From Gemmatimonadaceae bacterium (GTDB lineage: Bacteria > Gemmatimonadota > Gemmatimonadetes > Gemmatimonadales > Gemmatimonadaceae): DNA of 64,000 bases. The DNA is taken from assembly GCA_045803545.1 (NCBI GenBank), contig JBJMOW010000005.1, positions 256,001 to 320,000 on the forward strand. Direction: 5' to 3'. Made by a program: the position numbers and the translations under genes. Position 1 is the stretch's first letter; every line of letters starts with the position of its first letter. Of this stretch, positions 1 to 9,406 are shown piece by piece. The notes under the pieces were generated by a model. The model was not told the DNA's origin and did not search any database. It saw only the letters and a list, made by a program, of their open reading frames with translations.

Positions 1-1002
1 GCATTCATCGGCGCGTGCGTGCTCGCATCCGTCGTTCACATTGATGCAATCGCTCAGGACTCGCTGCCGATTCAGGGCGACCGGCCTGATGTCGATGCGG
101 CCGTCATCACCAACGGGATCGAGCTGAGCCCGGATCGAGACTCGGTGATCAGAGCGCCGGCTCCGGCGTGTCCGTTGACTAGCAGCCAGTTGGCAGCAGT
201 ACGCACCGGAGTTGGATCGGCATTTGTCGGCGGCAACGCTTATCTATATCACTACTTCAAGAAGGCCTGGTGGTCGGGCACGCGCGCCAAACATTTCTTC
301 TTCCACGCCGACTGGGATCAGCAATTTCGCGATCAGGACAAGTTCGGCCATATGTTCGGCGGCTATCATCTCGCGCGGATCGGTTATTCCGCGCTCAGAG
401 AGGCCTGTGTGAGCGACAGGAAAGCTCTGTTCTGGGCAACCGCCTATGCTGCCGCATTTCAGCTGCAGATCGAGATTTTCGACGGACAGTTTCAGAAATA
501 CGGTTTCTCGTACGCGGACATGATCGCCAACACCACGGGACAGGCGCTCTTTGTGATGCAGACACTGCATCCGGCGCTCAAGGCGATCAAGCCGACGTTT
601 TCATATCACAAGACGCTGGCGCTCCGGAACACCGAGAACGGGGTGATTCAGTCGGAGCTCCGTCCATCTCTCGACTACGGTGGGCAGACGTATTGGTTTT
701 CCGCCGATGTCAATCAACTCCTGCCGGATGCGGCGAAACCTTACTGGCCCTCGTTTATTCGCTTGTCGGTTGGTCACTCCGTGACGGACTGGATTGATCC
801 GAACCCGATCGTGCCGCCCGGACCGGCGCCATCATTTCGCGCGAAACGCAAGATTCTCCTGTCACTCGACTTCGACCCGGAGAAGCTTCCCGGCAACGCA
901 CCAATCTGGCGGACGATCAAGCACACCCTCAGCTATTACCATTTTCCGGCGCCGGCGCTGGAGTTGACGCCCAGGCTGCACGCCACGCCGTGGTACCGGT
1001 AG
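1..1002 (+). CDS. DUF2279/YfiM-like domain protein (5' end probably outside the window)
   Basis: Frame is open from base 1. QDKFGH motif, GFSYADMIANTTG and DYGGQTYWFS resemble DUF2279 proteins. Confidence 0.7.
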   Translation, partial: AFIGACVLASVVHIDAIAQDSLPIQGDRPDVDAAVITNGIELSPDRDSVIRAPAPACPLTSSQLAAVRTGVGSAFVGGNAYLYHYFKKAWWSGTRAKHFFFHADWDQQFRDQDKFGHMFGGYHLARIGYSALREACVSDRKALFWATAYAAAFQLQIEIFDGQFQKYGFSYADMIANTTGQALFVMQTLHPALKAIKPTFSYHKTLALRNTENGVIQSELRPSLDYGGQTYWFSADVNQLLPDAAKPYWPSFIRLSVGHSVTDWIDPNPIVPPGPAPSFRAKRKILLSLDFDPEKLPGNAPIWRTIKHTLSYYHFPAPALELTPRLHATPWYR

Positions 1003-2579
1003 CGGGAGGCGGGAGGCGGGAGGCGGGAGGCGTAACTGCCTCGCATCTCTCGCTGATCATAGCATTTTTCGCTTTCGCCGCTGCATCGCCGATAGGTGCG
1101 CAAGCGTCTGCCTACGTGCCGCTCGACGACATCGCGTACACCTACATCGACGTGCTGATGGCGCGAGGGCAATTGAGCCAGCTATCCGTCCTCGAACGGC
1201 CGTTCACCCAGGCGGCGATTCGCGACGCGATCGATTCCGCGAGAATGAACACCGGGACGAGCGAAATGATGCGCTCGTATCTCGACGGGCTTTGGTACGC
1301 AGTCGAGAAATACGCCGTGCGCCCGCGTGTGTCTGACACGGCCCAGGCAAAAATATTCCGCGCTCGTTTCACCAACGATTTTTACGTCACCGGGCAGACC
1401 TCCGGACGACGGGAGCTGATGCTTGCTGATTTGAGGAATGATGTCCGGCCAGGAGGAGCGATTCGCCTCGTGATGGCCGGAGGCCCGGTGGTCGGATTTA
1501 CCCGTGTGCTCATCGATTCCCGACTCAATGTCGACCCCGAATTCGCCGGCAGAAAAGACAGGAAGGTCGCGGCGCGGACCGAAGATGGGTACGTCGGCGG
1601 CCAGTGGACGTACGGCCAACTTTCGTTCGGCCGTGTCGGCAGAAACTGGGGACCGCCCACGCAATACGGCCTGCAGCTCGGTAATTACGCGTACACCTAC
1701 GATCATCTCTACGGATTGATCGGCAACGACAAGATTCATTGGTCCGCTGTCATCGCCCGGCTCGACGACATCCTGCCGCCAACGGGGCCGGCGATCGAGA
1801 GGTATTTCACGGCGCACCGCCTCACCGTCCATCTTGGCCAATGGGAGCTCGCGGGAACCGAGAGCTATGTGTACGGTGGAGTCGGACGAGGGTTCGAGCC
1901 CGCGCTTGCCAACCCGTTCAACATCTACGCACTTTCGTGGCGCAACGAACAGAAGGAGGGCAACCTTGGCCTCGGCGGCGAGATCGCTGTCCGCACCGCT
2001 CGATTCGGCACGTTGGCCGGCCAGCTCTTCATCGATGATTTCCAGATCGACAGAAGCTGCAACCCTGCGTGCAAGCAACCGTCATCGTACGGCATGACGT
2101 TGACCGCTGAAGGTCTGCCACTCCGCGGAGATCAACGCTGGTTTGCGTCGTACACGCGAGTTTCAAACCTCGCGTACAACAACAAGAACCCTGACGAGCA
2201 CTACGAGGTTTTCGGGCTCTCGCTCGGTCGTGGCTTCAACGATTACGATGAAGCGAGACTGGGATTGGATCTCGCGCTGGTGGCGCGGATGCCGTTCAAG
2301 ATGTACGTAGCGCATCGCCGGCAGGGCGAGGGTGACTACCATCTGCCCTTCCCCGATCCAGCAGCCTACGCAACTACTCCCGGGATTTTTAGTGGAGTTG
2401 TCATGCGTGTGACCAGAGCGGGAGTGAGCGGCGCCTCGCACTGGCGCGATTGGGAGCTCTCGGGCGATTTGGGTGTGAACCACACCACCAACTACTTGCA
2501 CGTAGTCGGGGAAACGCGAACCGGATTCGAGGGGCGTGTGAAGATTGCGATCGAGCCGCGGTGGAGTGTTTCGTTCTAG
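990..2579 (+). CDS. Capsule assembly Wzi-family outer-membrane protein (copy 1)
   Basis: Signal peptide ending IGA-Q, AYVPLDDIAYTYID N-terminus, FGRVGRNWGP and YFTAHRL motifs, C-terminal Phe typical of beta-barrels. Confidence 0.7.
   Translation: MVPVAGGGRREAGGVTASHLSLIIAFFAFAAASPIGAQASAYVPLDDIAYTYIDVLMARGQLSQLSVLERPFTQAAIRDAIDSARMNTGTSEMMRSYLDGLWYAVEKYAVRPRVSDTAQAKIFRARFTNDFYVTGQTSGRRELMLADLRNDVRPGGAIRLVMAGGPVVGFTRVLIDSRLNVDPEFAGRKDRKVAARTEDGYVGGQWTYGQLSFGRVGRNWGPPTQYGLQLGNYAYTYDHLYGLIGNDKIHWSAVIARLDDILPPTGPAIERYFTAHRLTVHLGQWELAGTESYVYGGVGRGFEPALANPFNIYALSWRNEQKEGNLGLGGEIAVRTARFGTLAGQLFIDDFQIDRSCNPACKQPSSYGMTLTAEGLPLRGDQRWFASYTRVSNLAYNNKNPDEHYEVFGLSLGRGFNDYDEARLGLDLALVARMPFKMYVAHRRQGEGDYHLPFPDPAAYATTPGIFSGVVMRVTRAGVSGASHWRDWELSGDLGVNHTTNYLHVVGETRTGFEGRVKIAIEPRWSVSF
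1002..1032 (+). repeat. Tandem heptamer (GCGGGAG) x4.4
   Basis: Direct read: gcgggag gcgggag gcgggag gcgggag gcg. Confidence 0.95.
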
Positions 2580-2591
2580 CCGTACAGTCCG

Positions 2592-2597
2592 TACTTT
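2592..2597 (+). promoter_or_regulatory. Putative -10 element (TACTTT) for tRNA-Ile2
   Basis: TANNNT hexamer 8 nt upstream of the tRNA 5' end. Confidence 0.35.
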
Positions 2598-2605
2598 CGT
2601 AGCCA

Positions 2606-2679
2606 GGGCCCTTAGCTCAGTCGGTTAGAGCAGCGGACTCATAATCCGACGGTCGCAGGTTCGAGTCCTGCAGGGCCCA
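2606..2679 (+). tRNA. tRNA-Ile2 (CAT anticodon, lysidine-modified); Met less likely
   Basis: Cloverleaf: acceptor GGGCCCT/AGGGCCC, D-arm TAGCTCAG..GGTTAGAGC, anticodon loop CTCATAA, T-loop GGTTCGAGTCC. C4/C5 acceptor pairs and overall likeness to ileX-type tRNAs. CCA not encoded. Confidence 0.85.
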
Positions 2680-2729
2680 TGTTCCCTACCGCTAAAGCGG
2701 TTTGCGATATAAAGTTATGTTTGCTTTTT

Positions 2730-2760
2730 GGCTCCCGGCTTTCCGGTGCGGGAGCCTTTT
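2730..2760 (+). terminator. Hairpin with short U-tract between the two tRNAs (possible intrinsic terminator or processing stem)
   Basis: GGCTCCCG (2730-2737) pairs with CGGGAGCC (2749-2756), followed by TTTT. Confidence 0.45.
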
Positions 2761-2765
2761 CGTCT

Positions 2766-2839
2766 GGTCGCGTAGCTCAGCTGGTTAGAGCGCTGCTTTC
2801 ACACAGCAGAGGTCCGGGGTTCGAGTCCCTGCGCGACCA
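2766..2839 (+). tRNA. tRNA-Val (CAC)
   Basis: Acceptor GGTCGCG/CGCGACC+A, anticodon stem CTGCT/AGCAG with loop TTCACAC, T-loop GGTTCGAGTCC. Confidence 0.93.
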
Positions 2840-2873
2840 TTTTTATCCGCGTCACTCACCTTCTACAATCGGA

Positions 2874-5456
2874 ATGAAAGTCTCGAAGCTCGGCCCGCTT
2901 CTATTGCTCGCTGGCCTCTTTCTATCGCCACGCCTCACAGCCGCGCAAAACCCGAGTGCGGCGCAGGCGCAGCAGATGCTCCAGAGCAATCCTGCTTTGC
3001 TCCAACAGCTCCGCCAGCGGATTCTTACCAGCGGATTGACCCCGGATCAGGTGCGGGCCCGACTACGTGCCGAGGGATATCCGGAGACTTTGCTCGATGC
3101 TTATCTCCCGGGCGCAGGGTCCAGCACGGCGGATACGTCGATACCAGACGAAGAGGTCTACTCTGCCATCACACGACTTGGCATCGCTGACACTGCGGAA
3201 GTCGACCTGCTGCGCTGTGGGATCACCAGCGATTCGCTTTCGGTTCCCGACACATTGGCAAATGGGACTGTCGATACCGCTATGGTCGCCCGGCGCGTCG
3301 GTGAGCGGCGTGCACAGTTGCAAGCACGATGCATCGCGCAGGAAGACTCGATCATGAAGGGGCTCAGGTTGGGTGCGACTGCTGACAGTGGTTTCACAAT
3401 CTTCGGCCTCGATTTCTTCCGCAATAGATCGACTGCCTTCAATCCCAACCTGACCGGACCCGTCGACGCAAGCTACAAAATCAATCCGGGCGATCAGCTC
3501 GCATTGATCCTTACCGGCGATGTGGAGCAGACATACTCGCTTCCTGTCACGCGAGAAGGCTTCATCGTCATTCCGCAGGTCGGTCAGGTTTATGTGAACA
3601 ACCTGACTCTCGGCGAGCTCGAAAACGTTCTGTACGCGAGACTGGGTCGAGTCTATTCGGGGGTGCGTCGCGGGCCAGGAGCCACCACCCATTTTTATGT
3701 CACCCCTTCGCGCCTCGGAAGCAGCCAGATCTACGTCACCGGAGACGTACTCCGCCCCGGTAGCTACCGCATATCGAGTGCGGCGACAGCATTGACGGCA
3801 CTGTATGCTGCGATGGGTCCGTCCGACAACGGGAGTCTCCGGCAAATCCTGATTCGCGGTGGCGGCCGAGTGGATACGCTCGATGTCTACGACTATCTCC
3901 TGAACGGCAACACCACGCGCGATGTGAGGTTGAATAACGGTGACCTCGTTTTCGTTCCGGTTCACGGAGCCCGTGTTCGGATCATCGGCCAGGTTACACG
4001 TCCCGCGACATACGAGATTCGCTCGGGGGAGACACTCGCTGATGCACTCCGGTTCGCCGGTGGTTTTAGCGCGACGGCATCGAGGCGTCGAGTACAGATC
4101 GAGCGGATCGTTCCGCCGGGACAGCGTGCCCCCGGAGGGCGCGACAGAATCGTCACGGAAGTGGTATCAGACGCGTTCCTCACCGGCGGCGGACCGAGCA
4201 TCGCAATCGAGCCTGGCGATGTGATTCGCGTATTCGCCATTGCTTCGCGCGTGCGCAACCGGGTCACCGTTTCAGGAGACGTTTGGTCACCGGGATCCGT
4301 GGGAATGACCGCTGGCATGCGTGTATCGGACGCATTGCGCCTGGCGGGGGGCGTCAGGCCAGACGTCTACCTTGGCCAAGTCTTGGTGACCCGCACAATG
4401 CCTGACTCGACCAAAGTTCAGCTGCGTGCTGCGCTGCGTGACACGACCGGGGCAGTCATGAACGATCTTCCGCTGCAGGAAGACGACGAGATAAAGGTCT
4501 TTTCTGTCTCCGAATTCCGTCCGACGCGATACGTCGCGATCAACGGAGCGGTGCGGCGAAGCGCTCAGTTTCCGTATCGCGAGGGAATGACAGTCAGAGA
4601 CCTCGTTCTGTTAGCTGGCGGGCTCGACCAGAGTGCGTTTTTGAACGAGGCCGAGGTAGCGCGGCTTCCCGAGAATCGCGCGGGCGGAGTAACCGCGCAG
4701 ACGTTCAGAATACCGCTGGATTCGAGTTACATCTTCGAGCGGGGGCCTGACGGCAAGTATCTCGGGCCGCCGGGATTGCCTGCCGCGACGGGTCCGAACC
4801 CAGAGGTCGTCGTTCAGCCGTACGACAACGTTCTCATTTTGCGCCAGCCCAATTGGGAGCTGCAAAGAACCGCCGTGATCGCCGGTGAAGTGAAATACCC
4901 CGGCCGGTATTCGCTGAAGACAAAAACCGAGCGCATCACGGACCTCATTGAGAGGGCCGGCGGTCTCACGACAGATGCGTACGCCAACGGCGTATCCTTC
5001 TACCGCGCCCGAAATCACGTTGGTAGAATCGGTATCGAATTGCCCGACGTGCTGAAGAATTCAAAGTCTCTGGACAACCTCCCGTTGCAGGATGGCGATT
5101 CGCTGTACATCCCCCGCTTCACTGCAGTCGTCGCAGTTCAGGGCGCGGTCAATTCCCCTGTCTCCGTCACGTACGCGCCGGGCAAATCGATTGAGTACTA
5201 CATCCGTGCGGCAGGCGGTCCTTCGCTAAAAGCCGATCTCAGCCGGGCATACGTGACCCAGCCAAATGGAAAGGTAGAAGCGCGTCAATCGCGCTTTCTG
5301 CTGCCGGACGATGTTCCTCATCCGCTGGCGGGTAGCACCGTGCATGTGCCAGAGCGGGATCCGACCGCGCGAGGTATTGACTTGCTCGCCGGAGCGGGAC
5401 TCATCGCGCAGATAGCGGCCGGCTTGGCAACGCTGGTCCTAGCAATACGGCATTAG
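2874..5456 (+). CDS. Polysaccharide export protein, Poly_export plus multiple SLBB domains (Wza/KpsD-like, copy 1)
   Basis: Start re-set to MKVSKLG (signal peptide) because the ORF-track extension runs through tRNA-Val. YKINPGDQLALILTG export motif and repeated V.V.G.V..PG.Y SLBB units. Confidence 0.9.
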   Translation: MKVSKLGPLLLLAGLFLSPRLTAAQNPSAAQAQQMLQSNPALLQQLRQRILTSGLTPDQVRARLRAEGYPETLLDAYLPGAGSSTADTSIPDEEVYSAITRLGIADTAEVDLLRCGITSDSLSVPDTLANGTVDTAMVARRVGERRAQLQARCIAQEDSIMKGLRLGATADSGFTIFGLDFFRNRSTAFNPNLTGPVDASYKINPGDQLALILTGDVEQTYSLPVTREGFIVIPQVGQVYVNNLTLGELENVLYARLGRVYSGVRRGPGATTHFYVTPSRLGSSQIYVTGDVLRPGSYRISSAATALTALYAAMGPSDNGSLRQILIRGGGRVDTLDVYDYLLNGNTTRDVRLNNGDLVFVPVHGARVRIIGQVTRPATYEIRSGETLADALRFAGGFSATASRRRVQIERIVPPGQRAPGGRDRIVTEVVSDAFLTGGGPSIAIEPGDVIRVFAIASRVRNRVTVSGDVWSPGSVGMTAGMRVSDALRLAGGVRPDVYLGQVLVTRTMPDSTKVQLRAALRDTTGAVMNDLPLQEDDEIKVFSVSEFRPTRYVAINGAVRRSAQFPYREGMTVRDLVLLAGGLDQSAFLNEAEVARLPENRAGGVTAQTFRIPLDSSYIFERGPDGKYLGPPGLPAATGPNPEVVVQPYDNVLILRQPNWELQRTAVIAGEVKYPGRYSLKTKTERITDLIERAGGLTTDAYANGVSFYRARNHVGRIGIELPDVLKNSKSLDNLPLQDGDSLYIPRFTAVVAVQGAVNSPVSVTYAPGKSIEYYIRAAGGPSLKADLSRAYVTQPNGKVEARQSRFLLPDDVPHPLAGSTVHVPERDPTARGIDLLAGAGLIAQIAAGLATLVLAIRH

Positions 5457-5491
5457 AAGCGTGCGCTGCAAATGCCGTCGCGAGTGCAGCG

Positions 5492-6298
5492 CTGATCAAT
5501 AAAGGCAAGCGAAGCGTCCTCGGCGTCGAAGTAGATGTGACTGACTACGAGTCCGCTGCCGATCGCACGGTGGACGCTGCGAAGCGCGGGACACCGTTTG
5601 CCGTAACCGCACTACCCGTGCATGGCATCATGACCGGAGCTACGGATCCGGAGCATCGCTATCGCCTGAACTCCTTCGACCTCCTTGTACCAGACGGTCA
5701 GCCAGTGCGCTGGGCGCTCAACCTGCTTTACAAAGTCGGATTGAAGGAGCGCGTTTACGGTCCGACACTGATGCTCACCATTTGCGAGCGACTCGAGGCA
5801 ACTGGCCTGCCCATCTATCTGTACGGAAGTCGACAGGAAACGATCGATCTACTTTCGAAGAACCTTGAACGCCGATTCCCGGCGCTGAAAATCGCGGGCA
5901 GCCAGCCGGGACGATTTAAGGTTCTATCTTCCGCTGAGCGAGCGGAAATCAATCGCACAATTAAGGAAAGTGGGGCGGCGCTGGTGTTCGTCGGGCTGGG
6001 CTGCCCGCGCCAGGAAATCTGGGCGTACGAAAATCACGACGCGCTCTCCATGCCGGCAGTTTGTGTCGGGGCAGCGTTCGATTTCCACGCGGGAACTGTG
6101 GCGCAAGCGCCGCCAACGCTGCAACGCGTCGGACTCGAATGGGCTTATCGATTGATGCGCGAACCGCGTCGGCTGTGGCGCCGCTACGTGCTTCTCAACC
6201 CGCTTTACGTCGCCATGATCACCGCGCAGGCAACCGGCGCCGTGAATTTCAACTCACGCCCCACTAGGCGCCCAGCAAAGGCTTTGAACTACGGGTGA
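5492..6298 (+). CDS. WecB/TagA/CpsF-family glycosyltransferase (GT26)
   Basis: PDGQPVRWA, RVYGPTLM, FVGLGCPRQE, VGAAFDFHAG and GLEWAYRL..EPRRLWRRY motifs. Start is CTG 5492 or GTG 5537. Confidence 0.9.
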   Translation: MINKGKRSVLGVEVDVTDYESAADRTVDAAKRGTPFAVTALPVHGIMTGATDPEHRYRLNSFDLLVPDGQPVRWALNLLYKVGLKERVYGPTLMLTICERLEATGLPIYLYGSRQETIDLLSKNLERRFPALKIAGSQPGRFKVLSSAERAEINRTIKESGAALVFVGLGCPRQEIWAYENHDALSMPAVCVGAAFDFHAGTVAQAPPTLQRVGLEWAYRLMREPRRLWRRYVLLNPLYVAMITAQATGAVNFNSRPTRRPAKALNYG

Positions 6299-7437
6299 AC
6301 AGGCATGGTAAGGCCGATGGCTTCGCCGAGAGCGGCTAACACCTGAGAGGTGCTAACGCCGGCGACATCGAACGGGATCACTGCCGACGCGCTCGGGTTT
6401 GAACCGCCAACGCCCTCGGCGGTGAGCAAAAAGTGCCTGTCTCCAATTGGCGAGAACCAGCGGTTGATTCCGGATCCGAAGATCGACACCGTCGGCACGC
6501 CGAGCGCCCCCGCGATGTGCATTGGTCCGCTGTCGTTGCAGGCGAGTACATCACAGCACTCGACGAGCGCGATTAGCTCTCTGAGACCTACGTCCGCGCT
6601 GATAACACCCGGGATTTGCGCCAGCTGCTGCCCATAACCATCCGGCGAAACGAACGCGAGCACTTTGATCTCCGGCATGCGGGTGATGGCTCGCGCAACT
6701 TCGGCAAATCGCTCCAGCGGCCAGCGTTTCGCCGGAACGCTCGCACCGGGATGGATTCCGACGAGGCAATTCTCTGTCGTGATTCCATTCGCTGCGAGAA
6801 ACGTCCTTGCTCGCTGCCGCTCCACTTCGCTGGTTTTCAAACGCGGCGCATCCTGGGTCACAGGGCCGCCGAACGGTTTCAGTAGCTCGAGCCAGTCCGC
6901 GGTCTTATGGCGATTGGGATCGACAAGCGGAATCGCATCAGTGAGGACTTTCTCGCCATGCCCGAGCGCAAAAGCAACCTTGCGCTCGGCACCGGAAAGA
7001 GCGAGCAGCACGTACTCTCGCACGTGCATCCGACTCGAGAACGCAACATCAAAACGTCCGCGTTTCAACGCTTTCCGAATACGTGCCAGTTCGATCCAAC
7101 GATACGCGAATGGATTGTGGCGAACGGCGCTCGCGCTCCAGCCAAGGTCGGTGTCGATGAAATCATCGACCAGATCAGTGCCCGCGAGGACCGTGCGTGC
7201 ATACGACCGCGCAAGCATCGTAATTGTTGCCTGCGGGAATAGCGTGCGGAGCTGAGCGAGAAATGGCATCGCCAGCACGATGTCTCCGATGTTCCACAGC
7301 TCGATGACAAGAATGCGTTCCACCCGCCCCGACAGAGTCGGCGCCGTTGGCGCTCGCCGTCTCGTCGCACGCGCGAAGAGACCCAGCGCTTCGAGCATGA
7401 CGCGATTTCTAAAGCTCGGAATCCAGACTTGCGCCAT
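6289..7437 (-). CDS. GT9-family (heptosyltransferase-like) glycosyltransferase, copy 1
   Basis: IGDIVL, IHPGAS..KRWP and NDSGPMHIAGALGVPTV motifs. Confidence 0.88.
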   Translation of the reverse strand: MAQVWIPSFRNRVMLEALGLFARATRRRAPTAPTLSGRVERILVIELWNIGDIVLAMPFLAQLRTLFPQATITMLARSYARTVLAGTDLVDDFIDTDLGWSASAVRHNPFAYRWIELARIRKALKRGRFDVAFSSRMHVREYVLLALSGAERKVAFALGHGEKVLTDAIPLVDPNRHKTADWLELLKPFGGPVTQDAPRLKTSEVERQRARTFLAANGITTENCLVGIHPGASVPAKRWPLERFAEVARAITRMPEIKVLAFVSPDGYGQQLAQIPGVISADVGLRELIALVECCDVLACNDSGPMHIAGALGVPTVSIFGSGINRWFSPIGDRHFLLTAEGVGGSNPSASAVIPFDVAGVSTSQVLAALGEAIGLTMPVHP

Positions 7438-7499
7438 TCAACGAAGCGGAAACGTGGAGACAGTCAGGAGAGGAGGTTGCGAGTAATTTACGCAGACTT

Positions 7500-8543
7500 A
7501 TGAAGAAGCTCTCGGTCGCTCTCGACCGCGCCAACGAACGACAATCCAGCACCGGGGTGTCGCGCTACTCGACGTCCCTTGCAGCTGCGCTGTCTGCGCG
7601 CGACGATGTTGAGCTCGTGTCGATCGGAGGAGGCCCGCTCGTTCCGCGCGGGACCTGGCGCAAGAAACTGCTTACTGCCCGTCAGGATTTCTGGTGGTAT
7701 CCATTTGGTGGCCGCAGGCGGGCGCAAATCGCGGGCGCAGATGTCTATCACTGTCCCAGCGCACGCGCGCCGATCACGCATGGCGGGCCGCCGACAGTCG
7801 TCACTATTCACGATTTGGCTTCCTTTCATTATCCGCTGACGCTGACCCGCTGGACCAGACTTTACGAGCGCCGAACAGTTCCGCTGGCGGCGCGAGCGTC
7901 TGACTTGATCATTGCCGTATCTTCTGACGCTGCGGCCGATATCCACGAGCTCCTGGGAATCTCCCAACGTAAGATCCGCGTCATTCCCCTTGGTGTCGAT
8001 TCGCAATTCTTTGCGCGGAACTCGTCGCCGCGGGCCTATCCATTTCCTTACGTACTCTTCGTCGGATCCGCTCAACCAAGGAAAAACTTGCGACGGCTCG
8101 CACAGGCTGTGGAGCGCGTGTCGAAGCATCATCGGGATTTAAGACTCGTAGTCGCCGGTGCTGACGGTTGGGGCAACGAAATCGTCGCAGATTCTCGCGT
8201 GACATTCGCCGGGCCAGTTGATGATGAGCGGTTGCTGATTCTCTATCGTCACGCTGAGTGCACTGCACTGGTTTCGCTCCATGAAGGTTTCGGCTTGCCT
8301 ATTCTCGAGTCTATGGCAGCGGGGACGCCGGTCGTCGCTAGCAATGTCGCCGCGTTGCCCGAGGTAGCCGGAGGCGCAGCTGTCCTCGTCGACCCTCTCA
8401 GTGCCCAGTCCATTGCAAACGGGATCGAGGAAGCGATCGGCAATCGTGATAGCCTGATTCCCGGAGGAATGCGCCGCGCCGCCCAGTTCACATGGGAACG
8501 CACTGGGGAGCTGACGATGGCAGCCTATCGCGAGCTGTTGTGA
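7500..8543 (+). CDS. GT4-family glycosyltransferase
   Basis: VVTIHDL, PRKNL and EGFGLPILESMAAGTPVV motifs. Confidence 0.92.
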   Translation: MKKLSVALDRANERQSSTGVSRYSTSLAAALSARDDVELVSIGGGPLVPRGTWRKKLLTARQDFWWYPFGGRRRAQIAGADVYHCPSARAPITHGGPPTVVTIHDLASFHYPLTLTRWTRLYERRTVPLAARASDLIIAVSSDAAADIHELLGISQRKIRVIPLGVDSQFFARNSSPRAYPFPYVLFVGSAQPRKNLRRLAQAVERVSKHHRDLRLVVAGADGWGNEIVADSRVTFAGPVDDERLLILYRHAECTALVSLHEGFGLPILESMAAGTPVVASNVAALPEVAGGAAVLVDPLSAQSIANGIEEAIGNRDSLIPGGMRRAAQFTWERTGELTMAAYRELL

Positions 8544-9400
8544 ATGCGATAGCGGCGGTCGAATCGCTCGACTGCGTTGCGATGGGTATCCGCAAAGAAG
8601 AGTATGTCAGCGGATGTGACAAAGAGGCTCCGCGGTGCGCCGTCATTCAAGCGGATCGGATGCACCGTCCCCCCGCTGAATACGCGAGCCTCCAGGTATC
8701 CCAGCGAGCGTGCGAATTCGATCAGGTCGGCGCTGTTGTAACCGAAGGGTGCCTGCCACTTCTCGTAGGCTTCGCAATAGATCAGAGGCATATGCTGGGA
8801 TAACGTTCGCGACGCTCCGCGCAGAACATCGAGCTCGCCTCCCTCAACGTCGATCTTCACCAGTTCAAGATGACTCAGGATGTGCACCTCCGTGCTCGTG
8901 TCCAGGCTGACGAGAGGTACTTCTAGTTCTCTGAAATCTCTCAGTTCCCATGAACCCGCGATCTGGACAGCAAGCGACGCCTGGGTATGGTCATCGCCGG
9001 GGATCTTCAGCGTCGCCGTGCCCTCATTCGAATGCGAATCGCCGACTGCGGCTGGAACAATAGAAATGTTGGTATAGCGCGCTCTGCGGCGAACTGTGTC
9101 TTTCAGGGCGGCGATGTTCGCCGGCAGTGGCTCGAACGCGATCACTCGGCCGTGCGCACCCGCGAGATGCGAAAGGAAAATGGTGTGAGCGCCAACGTTG
9201 GCGCCCACGTCGAGCACTATATCCCCACGATGCACGAACGAGAGGTAGACGCGCTTATCCCAGTTTGCCCACTCACGAAAACGCTCGACGAAGAGATACA
9301 GCAAAGGCGCCTTCGTCAGCTGATAGTCTATCGCATCCTTGAGAGGCGGTAGATCCCGCTGCAGAGTGCCGAACTTTGTTTGCTTGCGGGATAGGTGCAC
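8525..9400 (-). CDS. FkbM-family methyltransferase
   Basis: LDVGANVG, AFEP and KIDVEGGE motifs. Confidence 0.92.
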   Translation of the reverse strand: MHLSRKQTKFGTLQRDLPPLKDAIDYQLTKAPLLYLFVERFREWANWDKRVYLSFVHRGDIVLDVGANVGAHTIFLSHLAGAHGRVIAFEPLPANIAALKDTVRRRARYTNISIVPAAVGDSHSNEGTATLKIPGDDHTQASLAVQIAGSWELRDFRELEVPLVSLDTSTEVHILSHLELVKIDVEGGELDVLRGASRTLSQHMPLIYCEAYEKWQAPFGYNSADLIEFARSLGYLEARVFSGGTVHPIRLNDGAPRSLFVTSADILFFADTHRNAVERFDRRYRIHNSSR

Positions 9401-9406
9401 GGCCGA

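Noticed and set aside
2698..2725. dif-like site (TTATGTT resembling a XerD arm)
   Set aside because: The XerC arm does not match.
2679..2873. N-terminal extension of the 925 aa ORF
   Set aside because: It runs through tRNA-Val; the signal peptide starts at ATG 2874.
7477..7503. 8-codon TTG mini-ORF (MRVIYADL) with an SD, overlapping the GT4 ATG
   Set aside because: It overlaps the candidate -10 (TAATTT) and would lie upstream of the predicted TSS; it cannot be distinguished from chance.
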